Position numbers and translations under genes: made by a program
Assembly (NCBI GenBank): GCA_039698055.1
Contig: JBDKTL010000049.1
Coordinates: 1 to 43,928, forward strand
Direction of reading: 5' to 3'
Length of the DNA stretch: 43,928 bases
Source of the DNA: Methanoregula sp.
Lineage (GTDB): Archaea; Halobacteriota; Methanomicrobia; Methanomicrobiales; Methanospirillaceae
Notes under the pieces: model-generated
Told to the model about the DNA's origin: nothing
What the model saw: the letters and a program-made list of their open reading frames with translations, nothing else
The model's database searches: none
Shown: positions 19,207-28,517 of the stretch, one piece after another
How positions within the stretch are numbered: position 1 is the stretch's first letter
Layout of the letters: each line of letters begins with the position of its first letter

Positions 19207-20646
19207 ATGAGAGACGGTGGTTCGGGGCGGGGCAGGGATAACGGGCTGTCCGAAGTGATTGGATTTGTGTTGATCCTTGGCGTTATCGTTGTCGTCTTCT
19301 CGATTTACCTTACCTACGGAATCCCGGCACAGGGGCGGGACGCCGAGATTACGCACATGAACGAAGTCAAAGACCAGTTCATTGTCTATAAGATCGGACT
19401 GGATTCGCTGTTCACCAACAAAAAAATCGATACGACCATCAGCAATTCGTTTACGCTTGGCACGGGCGGCAGTTCCACACAAGGGTCGATCAGTATCATT
19501 CCCCTGCTAAGCCCGGTGCGATCCGCGGGAACGATTGCGATCAACCAGAGGACGACTGAACCGGAGATGCTCACGATCTCGTCGCGGTCAATGATCGCAT
19601 CCACAAATGCAGTCAAAGTGGATGATCTGCCGGCACTCGTGAACACCAGCCCCAGCCATATCTACATCAATTTTTCAAAATTCCAGTCAACTGACCTCAA
19701 CACTTCAGGATACATGGGAGTACAGCTGAATGGGACGAACTGGATCGCCCTTGTAAATCTCACCCCCAGAACAACGTACTTCAGAAATTTCACCTATAGC
19801 AGTGGGGTACTCATCCCGTCAGATATGTATAATTATAACCGTTCGGACCTGACACTCACGGTGATAAAAAATAACCAAATCACCCTCCAGGAACTGATTC
19901 TCCGGTCAAATGTTACGACCGGGATTCCCTATACTGTCGATTTGCTGGACCCTGCATATGGGCTGAATAATTTTATTACCTACCCGGTGTTCCTGAAACC
20001 GTCCATTTATAATCCCAATTCTCTTTCCCCTGTAATAACCGGGAACGTATCGTATGGGTTCAACGAAACCAGTTATTCCTACACGACTCCTCCGCTGGGC
20101 TCCCTTGAATACCGGGGACAGAACAACTACTGGATCTCGCAGGATTATTATTACCAGCTGGGAGGCATCTTCCTCAACCAGGTGGACGGCAACACCACCT
20201 ACAAACTTCCCCCGGAGATTACGTTCTATCCCTACGACCCGGATAAACATCTTGTCACCGTGGAAATCAATGCGCTCGCATTTAACCCGACCACCCGGGG
20301 CCTCGTGGGAGGCAACAGCCCGGTGCAGGTAAAAACCACGCTCGATGGGATCACTGCCCTGCCGTTTGTGCCTGCTGCACCGGGATACGGGAATACCAAA
20401 GCGATCCGGATTGGCATCAATTCGACCGATTCAAAAGCCCGGGAGATGTGGACGAGCTACTTCAATTATACTGCGGCCGTTGCCGGTATACCCAATTACC
20501 AGGTCAACCCGGTCACCGTGCCAAACGAGAGTTACATTATCATCAACGGTTATGATACCACCAACACAACGTACGATATCGACGTGATTGCATCGAACGC
20601 AACCTATACGACGACCATTCACGGCATCGGCGGGACGTACCTGTGA
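19207..20646 (+). CDS. Large archaeal pilin-like surface protein (class III signal peptide)
   Basis: RDNG/LSEVIGFVLILGVIVVV prepilin-like cleavage site with E at +3; Thr/Asn-rich extracellular body. Confidence 0.75.
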   Translation: MRDGGSGRGRDNGLSEVIGFVLILGVIVVVFSIYLTYGIPAQGRDAEITHMNEVKDQFIVYKIGLDSLFTNKKIDTTISNSFTLGTGGSSTQGSISIIPLLSPVRSAGTIAINQRTTEPEMLTISSRSMIASTNAVKVDDLPALVNTSPSHIYINFSKFQSTDLNTSGYMGVQLNGTNWIALVNLTPRTTYFRNFTYSSGVLIPSDMYNYNRSDLTLTVIKNNQITLQELILRSNVTTGIPYTVDLLDPAYGLNNFITYPVFLKPSIYNPNSLSPVITGNVSYGFNETSYSYTTPPLGSLEYRGQNNYWISQDYYYQLGGIFLNQVDGNTTYKLPPEITFYPYDPDKHLVTVEINALAFNPTTRGLVGGNSPVQVKTTLDGITALPFVPAAPGYGNTKAIRIGINSTDSKAREMWTSYFNYTAAVAGIPNYQVNPVTVPNESYIIINGYDTTNTTYDIDVIASNATYTTTIHGIGGTYL

Positions 20647-22526
20647 GCAGGAACAGGTTTGATGACGGAGTATCCGATATCCTGGGTGCAGTAGTACTGG
20701 TAATAGTCATCGTCATGGGCATTTCTCTTATCAGCGTCGTGATACTCTCAAATCCCACCCCCCAGAAGATTCCCGCCATCAGTGCCGATATCACCCGGAT
20801 CAACAACCAGACGATCTATATCCGGCACGAGGGCGGGGATACCATGCAGCGGGCAGAGATGATAATCCAGGTGGACGGGATCGATTCAACCAGCGCATTT
20901 TCCCGGATCGGTTCTGACTGGTCGTCATTTTCCGTGGGCGATGTCCTGGTATACAATATCCCTGCCGGCAACCCGGTCCCCTCCAGCATACAACTGGTCT
21001 ACACGGGCGGGGCATCGGCCCAGATTGTCGCATCGCTGGGTGTTCCTGCACCAGTCGGCGGTGGAGCAACGCCAACAGCAAGTGGCACCCCGACACCCAC
21101 CGCTTCGCCAACGCCTGTCCCCGCTCTCCCGGTAAATGCAGGTTTCTCTGCATCACCGGTATTTGGTACGGCGCCGCTCACGGTGCAGTTCACCGATGCG
21201 TCCATAGGGCCGGTGACGAACTGGTCATGGACATTTGGGGAGGGCAACACTTCGCAAGACCAGAACCCGGTGCACCAATATGCAGCCCCGGGAACCTACA
21301 CGGTCAGCCAGACCGTCAGCAATGGAACCGGTTCCGACACGATGACAAGACCCGGCTATATTACGGTCAACCTGTACTCGCCGGGTATTATCGCGAATTA
21401 TTACAGTGACCAGGGATGGTCGGTGCCTGCGGCAACAAATGTTGCCAACCGGATCCGGTTTGCCGATGCATCGAGCGGCGCAGCGTCCGATGTTACCAAC
21501 TGGCCGGTGGCGTACATTGGAAAGGACGATCATTTCTCGGTGAAATTCGACGGGTTGCTCAAGGTCGATACCGAAGCAGATTACACGTTCTACCTGACTT
21601 CAGACGATGGATCGTACCTATCGCTCGATGGCGTGCAGGTAATCGACAATGGCGGAGATCATGCCACCCAGGAACGCACAGCGACGGTTCACCTTCTTCC
21701 CGGTTTCCATGCAATCTCCATGAAGATGTACGAGAATGCAGGGGGAGCCGTTGCGTGGCTTGAATACTCGATGCCTTCGATGCCCCGCAAATTTATCGAT
21801 CAGTTCTACCATACGCCAAGCATCCCCCCCAGCGTGGATTTCACTGCTACACCCCGGGTAGGCACCGTACCGCTCACCGTCCAGTTCACCGACATTTCTT
21901 CCGATGCAACAGGATGGACCTGGGACTTTGGCGATGCCATGCCCGTCTCGCATGCCCAGAGCCCGGCACACACGTATACCACTGCCGGTTCCTACACGGT
22001 TTCTTTGGTGGCAACAAACGCCGTTGGCACCAATACGGCGATAAAGAACAATTATATTGCCGTTGGCGCTCTCACCGGCGGTTTTACTGCCTCGTATTAC
22101 ACCGGCCAGACCTGGACAACTCTTGCAGGAACAAGGACCGATCCCCGGATCCGGTTTGCCGATCCGGCTGGTGTGTCCGCAGGTTACGCTTCAGATGAAT
22201 CCGGCTGGCCGTTAAGCATTGTCGGGCGGCAGGATGACTTCTCCGTCAACTGGGACGGGTATCTCCATGTCTCTGCTGATGACACCTATACGTTTTATCT
22301 CACCTCTGACGACGGTTCATGGCTCTGGGTGGACGATGCCAGTGTCATTGACAACAGCGGGCTCCACGGCCCCCTCATGGTGAGCGGGACTGCCCATCTT
22401 ACGCCCGGCTATCACCATATCCAGGTAAGAATGTTTGAGAACGGTGGAAGCGCAGTCGCGCATCTTGAATACTCGTCACCTTCAGTGGGTGCCCGGCAGT
22501 TCGTGACTGATGTCTGGCATGCGTAG
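20643..22526 (+). CDS. Pilin N-terminal domain + PKD-PA14-PKD-PA14 adhesin
   Basis: DDG/VSDILGAVVLV, IRHEGGD; PKD motifs VQFTD...WSWTFG...H.Y...GTYTVS; PA14 motifs YTFYLTSDDGS...ENxG (two copies). Confidence 0.85.
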   Translation: MSRNRFDDGVSDILGAVVLVIVIVMGISLISVVILSNPTPQKIPAISADITRINNQTIYIRHEGGDTMQRAEMIIQVDGIDSTSAFSRIGSDWSSFSVGDVLVYNIPAGNPVPSSIQLVYTGGASAQIVASLGVPAPVGGGATPTASGTPTPTASPTPVPALPVNAGFSASPVFGTAPLTVQFTDASIGPVTNWSWTFGEGNTSQDQNPVHQYAAPGTYTVSQTVSNGTGSDTMTRPGYITVNLYSPGIIANYYSDQGWSVPAATNVANRIRFADASSGAASDVTNWPVAYIGKDDHFSVKFDGLLKVDTEADYTFYLTSDDGSYLSLDGVQVIDNGGDHATQERTATVHLLPGFHAISMKMYENAGGAVAWLEYSMPSMPRKFIDQFYHTPSIPPSVDFTATPRVGTVPLTVQFTDISSDATGWTWDFGDAMPVSHAQSPAHTYTTAGSYTVSLVATNAVGTNTAIKNNYIAVGALTGGFTASYYTGQTWTTLAGTRTDPRIRFADPAGVSAGYASDESGWPLSIVGRQDDFSVNWDGYLHVSADDTYTFYLTSDDGSWLWVDDASVIDNSGLHGPLMVSGTAHLTPGYHHIQVRMFENGGSAVAHLEYSSPSVGARQFVTDVWHA

Positions 22527-22667
22527 CCATATGCACATTTTTTCACCATGAGTCCTGCAAATGTGCAGATTATTTTTAATAGTCCCATGAAAGAGTGTAT
22601 ATATCGCTTCACGGATGAGGAAGATACGATGAACCGTGAACAAAATGCCTGATTTGAGATTACCCTG

Positions 22668-24662
22668 ATGAAATACTCATCCCATTGCCGGCACGGCTCC
22701 TCTGGAGACAGGGCGGTTTCCGAGATCGTCGGTTCGATCATGCTGATCTCGGTTGTTGTAATAGCCGTGTCTGTCATCGGTGTCGTGTTGCTGTCACAGC
22801 CGACACCCACGAACCTTCCGTCACTTGATGCGGTGATCTCTGCGGATACGGGTCATAACATGATCCATATCTACCATGATGGCGGGGATCTCATGACCGC
22901 GGAGAATATCCAGATCCTGGTTGACGGGATTCCCACGCAGTTTACCAAATCGGGTTCATCCGGATGGACCACATGGTCTGCGGGAGAATCGCTTGATGCC
23001 CCGTATACCGGAAGTACGCCTCCAACCGTCCAGATAGTCTATACGGGCGGCGGGGGGTCAACGGTTCTTGTCTCTGCGAATTTTGCACCCGGCATCGGCC
23101 AGGGGGGCAGCCCGACACTGACACCTTCACCAACGGCAACCACTCCTGTCCCGACTGCACCTGTTGTCGCAAACTTCACCGGTACTCCGACACTGGGACC
23201 GGTACCACTCACCGTTACGTTTGCAGATGCATCGTCAGGACCGGTAATCTCATGGTCATGGACGTTTGGTGATGGGGGTATATCCGCACTGCAAAACCCC
23301 TCGCACCAGTATGGTACTGCCGGAAACTATACGGTCTCTTTAACGGTCAGCAACGGCACCGCGACGGATACCCGTACACGCACTAATTATATCTCGGCGA
23401 GCACTCCTGTGGCGCCGGTTGTTGCCGGCTTCACCGGTGCACCGACAACGGGCGCCGCACCCCTTTTAGTGCAGTTCACCGATGCATCGACAGGGCCGGT
23501 TACCTCGTGGGCATGGAACTTTGGCGATGGCGGGACGGCAAACGTCCAGAACCCGGCACCTCACACGTATGTAAATGCAGGCAACTACACGGTCAGCTTG
23601 GTTGTCTATAACGGTACCGGCAGCAACACGCTGACGAGGACAAACTATATTGCTGTCACTGTATCAGCCCCGCCGGTCGTCGCCAACTTCACCGGGACAC
23701 CCGTGACGGGAACACGACCGTTGACTGTCCAGTTCACCGATGCATCCACAGGTTCACCAATCTCCCGGTCATGGAATTTCGGTGATACGGGAACGTCCAC
23801 CGCAACAAATCCATCACACCAGTACATCAATGCAGGGACGTATACGGTAAATCTGACCGTCAGCAACGGCACCGGCACAAACACGCTGACCCGTACGAAT
23901 TATATTGTCGTGAACCCGCCAGCCCCGGTTGCGGATTTCACCGGGACCCCAACTTCCGGGAACCGTCCCCTCACGGTACAGTTCGCTGACGCCTCGTCAA
24001 ACAACCCGACTTCATGGGCATGGGACTTTGGAGACGGGACGACATCCGTATCCCAGAACCCTTCAAAAACCTATGCCAGCGGGGGAACATACACGGTTGC
24101 CCTGACCGCCACAAATGCCGGCGGGAGCAATACGATAACAAAGACCGGCTATATCACGGCTATCATTCCGGCATCCAGCGTTACGCTGAATGCAGCAAAA
24201 CCGGGCTATCTTTTAAGTGGGGGATATATCCAGTTTACTGTACGTGGGGGAAATGCCCATGTAATTCATGGTGGGACTCGCTACGATTTTAATAATAACG
24301 ATATCGTACGGTTAACGATCAATTCAGACCCCCAGGGTTTAATCTATTCAAGTGGCAGCTCGATTACTTCATTTGGTTTCGATGATGTCGGCCTGATGAT
24401 TAACGGCGTGGATAAGGGCCGGAATACGATCAGTGAGATTTATATTAATAATCTTGACACGTTCAGTTCCACGCTCACCCTGAACGTACCGTCACAATCC
24501 GCATGGACTCAGCTCATTGCGGATGGAATTACGATTATCAATGGCGACAGCTCTGCACTGATCAGGCTTTACAGTTTAGGAGATACGTCTCCCACGATGA
24601 ACCTTGACAATCGTGCGACGACGTATTATGTCGGGACGGTGTCAGGTTACACGATAACCTGA
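22668..24662 (+). CDS. Pilin N-terminal domain + four PKD domains + C-terminal beta-rich domain
   Basis: DRA/VSEIVGSIMLISVVV, IYHDGGD; four repeats FTG.P..G..PL.V.F.D.S...W.W.FGD. Confidence 0.85.
   Translation: MKYSSHCRHGSSGDRAVSEIVGSIMLISVVVIAVSVIGVVLLSQPTPTNLPSLDAVISADTGHNMIHIYHDGGDLMTAENIQILVDGIPTQFTKSGSSGWTTWSAGESLDAPYTGSTPPTVQIVYTGGGGSTVLVSANFAPGIGQGGSPTLTPSPTATTPVPTAPVVANFTGTPTLGPVPLTVTFADASSGPVISWSWTFGDGGISALQNPSHQYGTAGNYTVSLTVSNGTATDTRTRTNYISASTPVAPVVAGFTGAPTTGAAPLLVQFTDASTGPVTSWAWNFGDGGTANVQNPAPHTYVNAGNYTVSLVVYNGTGSNTLTRTNYIAVTVSAPPVVANFTGTPVTGTRPLTVQFTDASTGSPISRSWNFGDTGTSTATNPSHQYINAGTYTVNLTVSNGTGTNTLTRTNYIVVNPPAPVADFTGTPTSGNRPLTVQFADASSNNPTSWAWDFGDGTTSVSQNPSKTYASGGTYTVALTATNAGGSNTITKTGYITAIIPASSVTLNAAKPGYLLSGGYIQFTVRGGNAHVIHGGTRYDFNNNDIVRLTINSDPQGLIYSSGSSITSFGFDDVGLMINGVDKGRNTISEIYINNLDTFSSTLTLNVPSQSAWTQLIADGITIINGDSSALIRLYSLGDTSPTMNLDNRATTYYVGTVSGYTIT
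23164..24160 (+). repeat. Four tandem PKD-coding repeats (~255 bp period)
   Basis: Recurrent nucleotide cores such as CAGTTCACCGATGCATC, TTCACCGG and GTCAGCAACGGCACCG, all in frame with the PKD domains. Confidence 0.75.
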
Positions 24663-24670
24663 TTTTTTTT
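24663..24670 (+). terminator. Oligo-T terminator candidate
   Basis: T8 directly after the TGA of the last pilin gene. Confidence 0.45.
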
Positions 24671-24851
24671 ACCATGGTGCCAACGTGCATCCGGTAATCT
24701 TCCCGCACTCCGGTTCCCGTCTGGCGTGAGATTGAAACACGGCGGTTTGATCTTTCACCGGTCGACAAGACAAGTGACTGCCCTGTCATAGCCATCTTAA
24801 AAATAACAAAAAAAAGTTCCCCTCCCAACTCTGGACGGGAAAATCCGATAA

Positions 24852-25853
24852 TTATACCCGGGTATGGAAGTCGACAGTCCCCAGTGGTTTTGAAGTGTTA
24901 CTGGACGAAACCAGTGTCCCGTCTTGAAAGACGGCAATTTCCAGGTTGTCTGCCGACCCATCCTGCTTCTCGATAAAGGCATCTACCGGACCGTAGTTTA
25001 TCGGCACCTGGTAATACCGGGTCCCGGTATCATTTACCGCGATATTCCTGCCAAATACACTGATCCCCCCCACATAATTCCCGGGATATTGCACCCGCAC
25101 CCAGACTCCTGTCGGGGGAACCAGAAAGACCGGAGGACCAGACGGTTGCGGTGCAGAGGTCACCTGATTCTCCGGGGTCAGGATCGGGGTTGGGTTTGTG
25201 GTGACTGCTGCAGGTAGTACGGCAGTGGTGACGGCAGGCAAAACGGTGGATGTGGCAGCATTATTTCCGTGTCCCATAATGAGCGCTCCCCCGATAATTG
25301 CGGCAATCACGATGATTATTGCAGCAACGGTGATTAAGGGTGAATGTTCCTTAGGCTCCAGCAGGTCAGGCTGCTGTGCCTGGCTCTGGTATTTTAAAAG
25401 GGTAAATTCCGGTACTGCCGGCCGGGTGGCAGGTTTTTCACCGTCCGTCTCTCCAGGGATCAGGCCCTTACCGGGGCTCAAAGGAACACTGTCAACGGTG
25501 CGACTATTCACCCGCACGGGAACATTATGCTCTTTTAAGATGGCGATGCATTTGTCGCGATCAGGGAAATTCTGGATACCCAAACTGCGGATAAACCTGA
25601 GTTCGAGGGTGCGTATCTCTTTGTCAGGGGAGTTGATCTCAAGCGTCAGTTCCGGTTCCCGTATCTGGCTTGAACCGGCAACTGCGAGCCCGATCGCTGA
25701 AAACAGGAGATCTTCACGGATTGTCCCCGTCTCGCTCTCCACAATAATAAGCCGCCTGCTGGTGAGTACCGCTTCATACCGGACACCGGCAATAACGATG
25801 GTATGTGTTGTATGAAGAATGGATTCATCGCTGTTCAGGTTCAGGTTGTCCAT
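24852..25853 (-). CDS. Single-pass membrane protein: cytoplasmic PH-like N-terminal domain, extracellular C-terminal domain
   Basis: LNSDESIL...EAVLTSRRLIIVE (bacterial/archaeal PH-like pattern); TM segment LITVAAIIIVIAAIIGGALIM; Thr/Pro linker. Confidence 0.65.
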   Translation of the reverse strand: MDNLNLNSDESILHTTHTIVIAGVRYEAVLTSRRLIIVESETGTIREDLLFSAIGLAVAGSSQIREPELTLEINSPDKEIRTLELRFIRSLGIQNFPDRDKCIAILKEHNVPVRVNSRTVDSVPLSPGKGLIPGETDGEKPATRPAVPEFTLLKYQSQAQQPDLLEPKEHSPLITVAAIIIVIAAIIGGALIMGHGNNAATSTVLPAVTTAVLPAAVTTNPTPILTPENQVTSAPQPSGPPVFLVPPTGVWVRVQYPGNYVGGISVFGRNIAVNDTGTRYYQVPINYGPVDAFIEKQDGSADNLEIAVFQDGTLVSSSNTSKPLGTVDFHTRV

Positions 25854-25952
25854 AGCGCTTACATCACCTCTCTTTCTAAACTATAAAAATCTGGATAGTC
25901 AGGGACAAATCCTCCCATGAACCACAGCAATTTTGTCGGCGATGAATATGGT

Positions 25953-27449
25953 TTATGTCTGGTCGTGAACATCGGAAATTCTCGTGCTCCTGCTTATGAG
26001 CACGTTATACGCGTCATGCTCCTTATTGTACCGGACCAGCACGCCTTCAAGGTCAAGGACTGACCCGTACGGTGCTGACAGTATCGCCTCGTTTTCGGGC
26101 GTAATATGGAACACGGGCAGCACCGCATACACCGGTTTTTCTGCGGAACCATCGCAGAGTTTAAACATATGGTTTTCCTTATCCCCAAGATCCCCGGACA
26201 TTTTTGACGCGATGATATTGATCCGTTTTTCAACGTGGAGGTGGATACGGGACAACCGCAGCACCCGTGACCCGTGAGGGACACAATAGGGTTCGCGTAT
26301 TTTCCCATCCCGGCGGAGGATGACATAACTGTACTTGATGTCGGTGTTCACGTACCGGAATGATTCGCCGCATGCCGCAAGTGTATTCATCAGGGGAGTT
26401 GGCCGGATAGAGGGGGCGGTGACAAAACTCCAGCACCGGTCCGGTGTGCAGTTTGTCTTCCAGATAAAGGAGCACGGGCTGTATATCGAGAGCCCCTGCT
26501 TTTTGAGCGCGAGGGACAGGGACCGCAGGCCGGAGGAGGTGACCTCTTCGGCCGGCTCGACAATCAGGATCGATCCGTCCGGCGCCAGCCGTCCTGCAAG
26601 ACCCACGACAATCTCCGCTCTCTCCTGTATCGAACCCGTGAGCTCGTTGAGCACATTGGAAAACACCATCAGGTCGATCTCTTCGGGCAGCTGGTTGTGA
26701 ATATCCCCGGTAATATCTGCCTTTATGGGCGGCTCGATGGTGACGCGGGTCGCAGGGGCGTTTTGCTGCTGTGTGAGGTACATGTATGCCTCGATGTGCT
26801 CTTCCGAACGCTCGACTGCATGGATGGTTGCCGTTGCGGTCTCCAGCCGGGAATAGAAGTCCGCAATCGCGAGCGGGACAACGCCCGGCCCGGTCCCCAC
26901 ATCGAGGATCGTCATATGGCTTTTTAGCAGACCCTCGCGGGCAAGCATTCCCATCAGCAGCCGGGTCTGCATGAAATAGACGGGGAAATGGTAGGCGAGA
27001 TACCCGAGCACTGCATACCCTTTCGTATAATTCAATGACCGTTTATTGGCGGGTTTCCAGTAATCGTCTTTCTGTGCGACGATTGCCCGCCGGAGCCGTT
27101 CGAGGATGACCGGATCGGTCCATTCCTTTCCCACTTTTCTGGTGATATACTGCTCAATTGCCTGCTCAAGAGCGGGAGGAAACGTGTTCTCACCGGGCAA
27201 CCTTTCGATCCGCATCTCTTCGTTCCCGCTGAGCTTATAGGGATGGGGCACAACGACCCGGGAGATCTCATAATCCATGCCGGTCTTTTTTGCCGCCAGC
27301 CCGAACTCTTTGAGGTGCGGGCGGAGTACCGTGTATAACTGGCTCACGGGCTGCGGGGCATCGAGGTACACCGCTATCTCCGAGAGCAAAAAAACCGGTT
27401 TTGTGCCGGCCACATATTTTATCGTGGACAGGATCTGTTTTTCGGTCAC
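25953..27449 (-). CDS. Class I SAM-dependent methyltransferase (Rsm22-like)
   Basis: YLAYHFP, ILDVGTGPG, FSNVLNEL, GSILIVEPA, IYSPC...C...CWSF, KYSYVIL; start uncertain (GTG 27449 or ATG 27482). Confidence 0.8.
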   Translation of the reverse strand: MTEKQILSTIKYVAGTKPVFLLSEIAVYLDAPQPVSQLYTVLRPHLKEFGLAAKKTGMDYEISRVVVPHPYKLSGNEEMRIERLPGENTFPPALEQAIEQYITRKVGKEWTDPVILERLRRAIVAQKDDYWKPANKRSLNYTKGYAVLGYLAYHFPVYFMQTRLLMGMLAREGLLKSHMTILDVGTGPGVVPLAIADFYSRLETATATIHAVERSEEHIEAYMYLTQQQNAPATRVTIEPPIKADITGDIHNQLPEEIDLMVFSNVLNELTGSIQERAEIVVGLAGRLAPDGSILIVEPAEEVTSSGLRSLSLALKKQGLSIYSPCSFIWKTNCTPDRCWSFVTAPSIRPTPLMNTLAACGESFRYVNTDIKYSYVILRRDGKIREPYCVPHGSRVLRLSRIHLHVEKRINIIASKMSGDLGDKENHMFKLCDGSAEKPVYAVLPVFHITPENEAILSAPYGSVLDLEGVLVRYNKEHDAYNVLISRSTRISDVHDQT

Positions 27450-27574
27450 GTTCGTGCCGGTACTTTGGTGCCTGCCGTTCATACATCTTTGGATGGCAGC
27501 CCCCCCATACGGTACGGTTTGGGCGTCACGCTCATATAGCGGTTCAGCGGAGATCAAACAAGGAGCAAAGATGC

Positions 27575-28267
27575 ATGTGCGGCAGGTATTCGCTGGTCTG
27601 TATCGATGATCTCGGCAACCGGTTCCGGGTATTTAACCCGATGATAGGTGCCCGCTCCCGGTTCAACGTCGCGCCGGGAAACGAGATGCCGGTGATCGTC
27701 CGTGCACACCGGAATGAACTTGCCCTGATGCGCTGGGGACTTGTCCCGCACGGGACACACGATATCCATGCCGCCCGCCCGCTCATCAACGCACGGGCGG
27801 AGACCCTTGCAAAAAAACCTTCGTTTGAATCCCTGCTGAAAAACCGGCGCTGTCTTGTCCCGGCATCGGGATTTTTTGAATGGAAAAAAGAGGGCACGCG
27901 GAAGATCCCGTTTTACGTCCATCTTCCGGAAAATCCCTGTTTTTCTTTTGCCGGGCTCTATGACGAGTGGCATGACCCGTCAGGGACGACACTGTCCACC
28001 TATACGATCGTCACCACAGAACCCAATGCACTGATGGCAACAATCCACAACCGGCAGCCGGCTATCCTGTCGCCGGAGCACGAAGAGGTATGGCTTGCCG
28101 GTGACGTGCCCGGACCCGATCAGCTCAAAGAAATCCTGGCACCCTGTCCGGCAGAACAGATGGCAATGTATCCTGTCTCGCACCTTGCCAATACTCCTGC
28201 CATTGACGATGAGCGGGTAATCCAACCCCTTACGGTGCTGGGCAGCGACGTACCCGGTAAGGTGTGA
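27575..28267 (+). CDS. SOS response-associated peptidase (SRAP/YedK/HMCES abasic-site protecting protein)
   Basis: MCGRY with Cys2, RFNVAP, MRWGLVP, INARAET, RRCLVPASGFFEW, IHNRQP. Confidence 0.93.
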   Translation: MCGRYSLVCIDDLGNRFRVFNPMIGARSRFNVAPGNEMPVIVRAHRNELALMRWGLVPHGTHDIHAARPLINARAETLAKKPSFESLLKNRRCLVPASGFFEWKKEGTRKIPFYVHLPENPCFSFAGLYDEWHDPSGTTLSTYTIVTTEPNALMATIHNRQPAILSPEHEEVWLAGDVPGPDQLKEILAPCPAEQMAMYPVSHLANTPAIDDERVIQPLTVLGSDVPGKV

Positions 28268-28271
28268 ACCG

Positions 28272-28505
28272 ATGCTCGACCAGTGTCCCGGTGCGGCAAA
28301 TATCCGCACCCCCACGCTTGCGGTAAAAAAATGCCCGTAGTGCGGTGCTGACGTGGAAGTGTTCTCAAATGACCTGTTCGTGAAATGCGACCAGTGCGGG
28401 TTTGTTGTCGATAATGACATCGCCACATGCGTGCAGTGGTGCAAACATGCAAAGGAATGTGTCGGGGACGAGATGTACCGGAAACTCACGGAAAAGAAAG
28501 CATGA
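28272..28505 (+). pseudogene. Small 8-Cys metal-binding protein interrupted by an in-frame TAG (codon 23)
   Basis: MLDQCPGAANIRTPTLAVKKCP*CGADVEVFSNDLFVKCDQCGF...CVQWCKHAKECVGDEMYRKLTEKKA; absent from the ORF track; GGTG RBS at the end of the SRAP gene. Confidence 0.75.
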
Positions 28506-28517
28506 GGGCCGTTCCCC

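Noticed and set aside
21180-24160. Recurring 15-20 nt direct repeats
   Set aside because: They are in-frame conserved cores of PKD and PA14 domains, not a CRISPR array or DGR template/variable repeats; no reverse transcriptase is present.
24703-24738. Intergenic sequence ending ...GCGTGAGATTGAAAC, resembling a CRISPR repeat 3' end
   Set aside because: Single copy, no repeat-spacer periodicity, no cas genes nearby.
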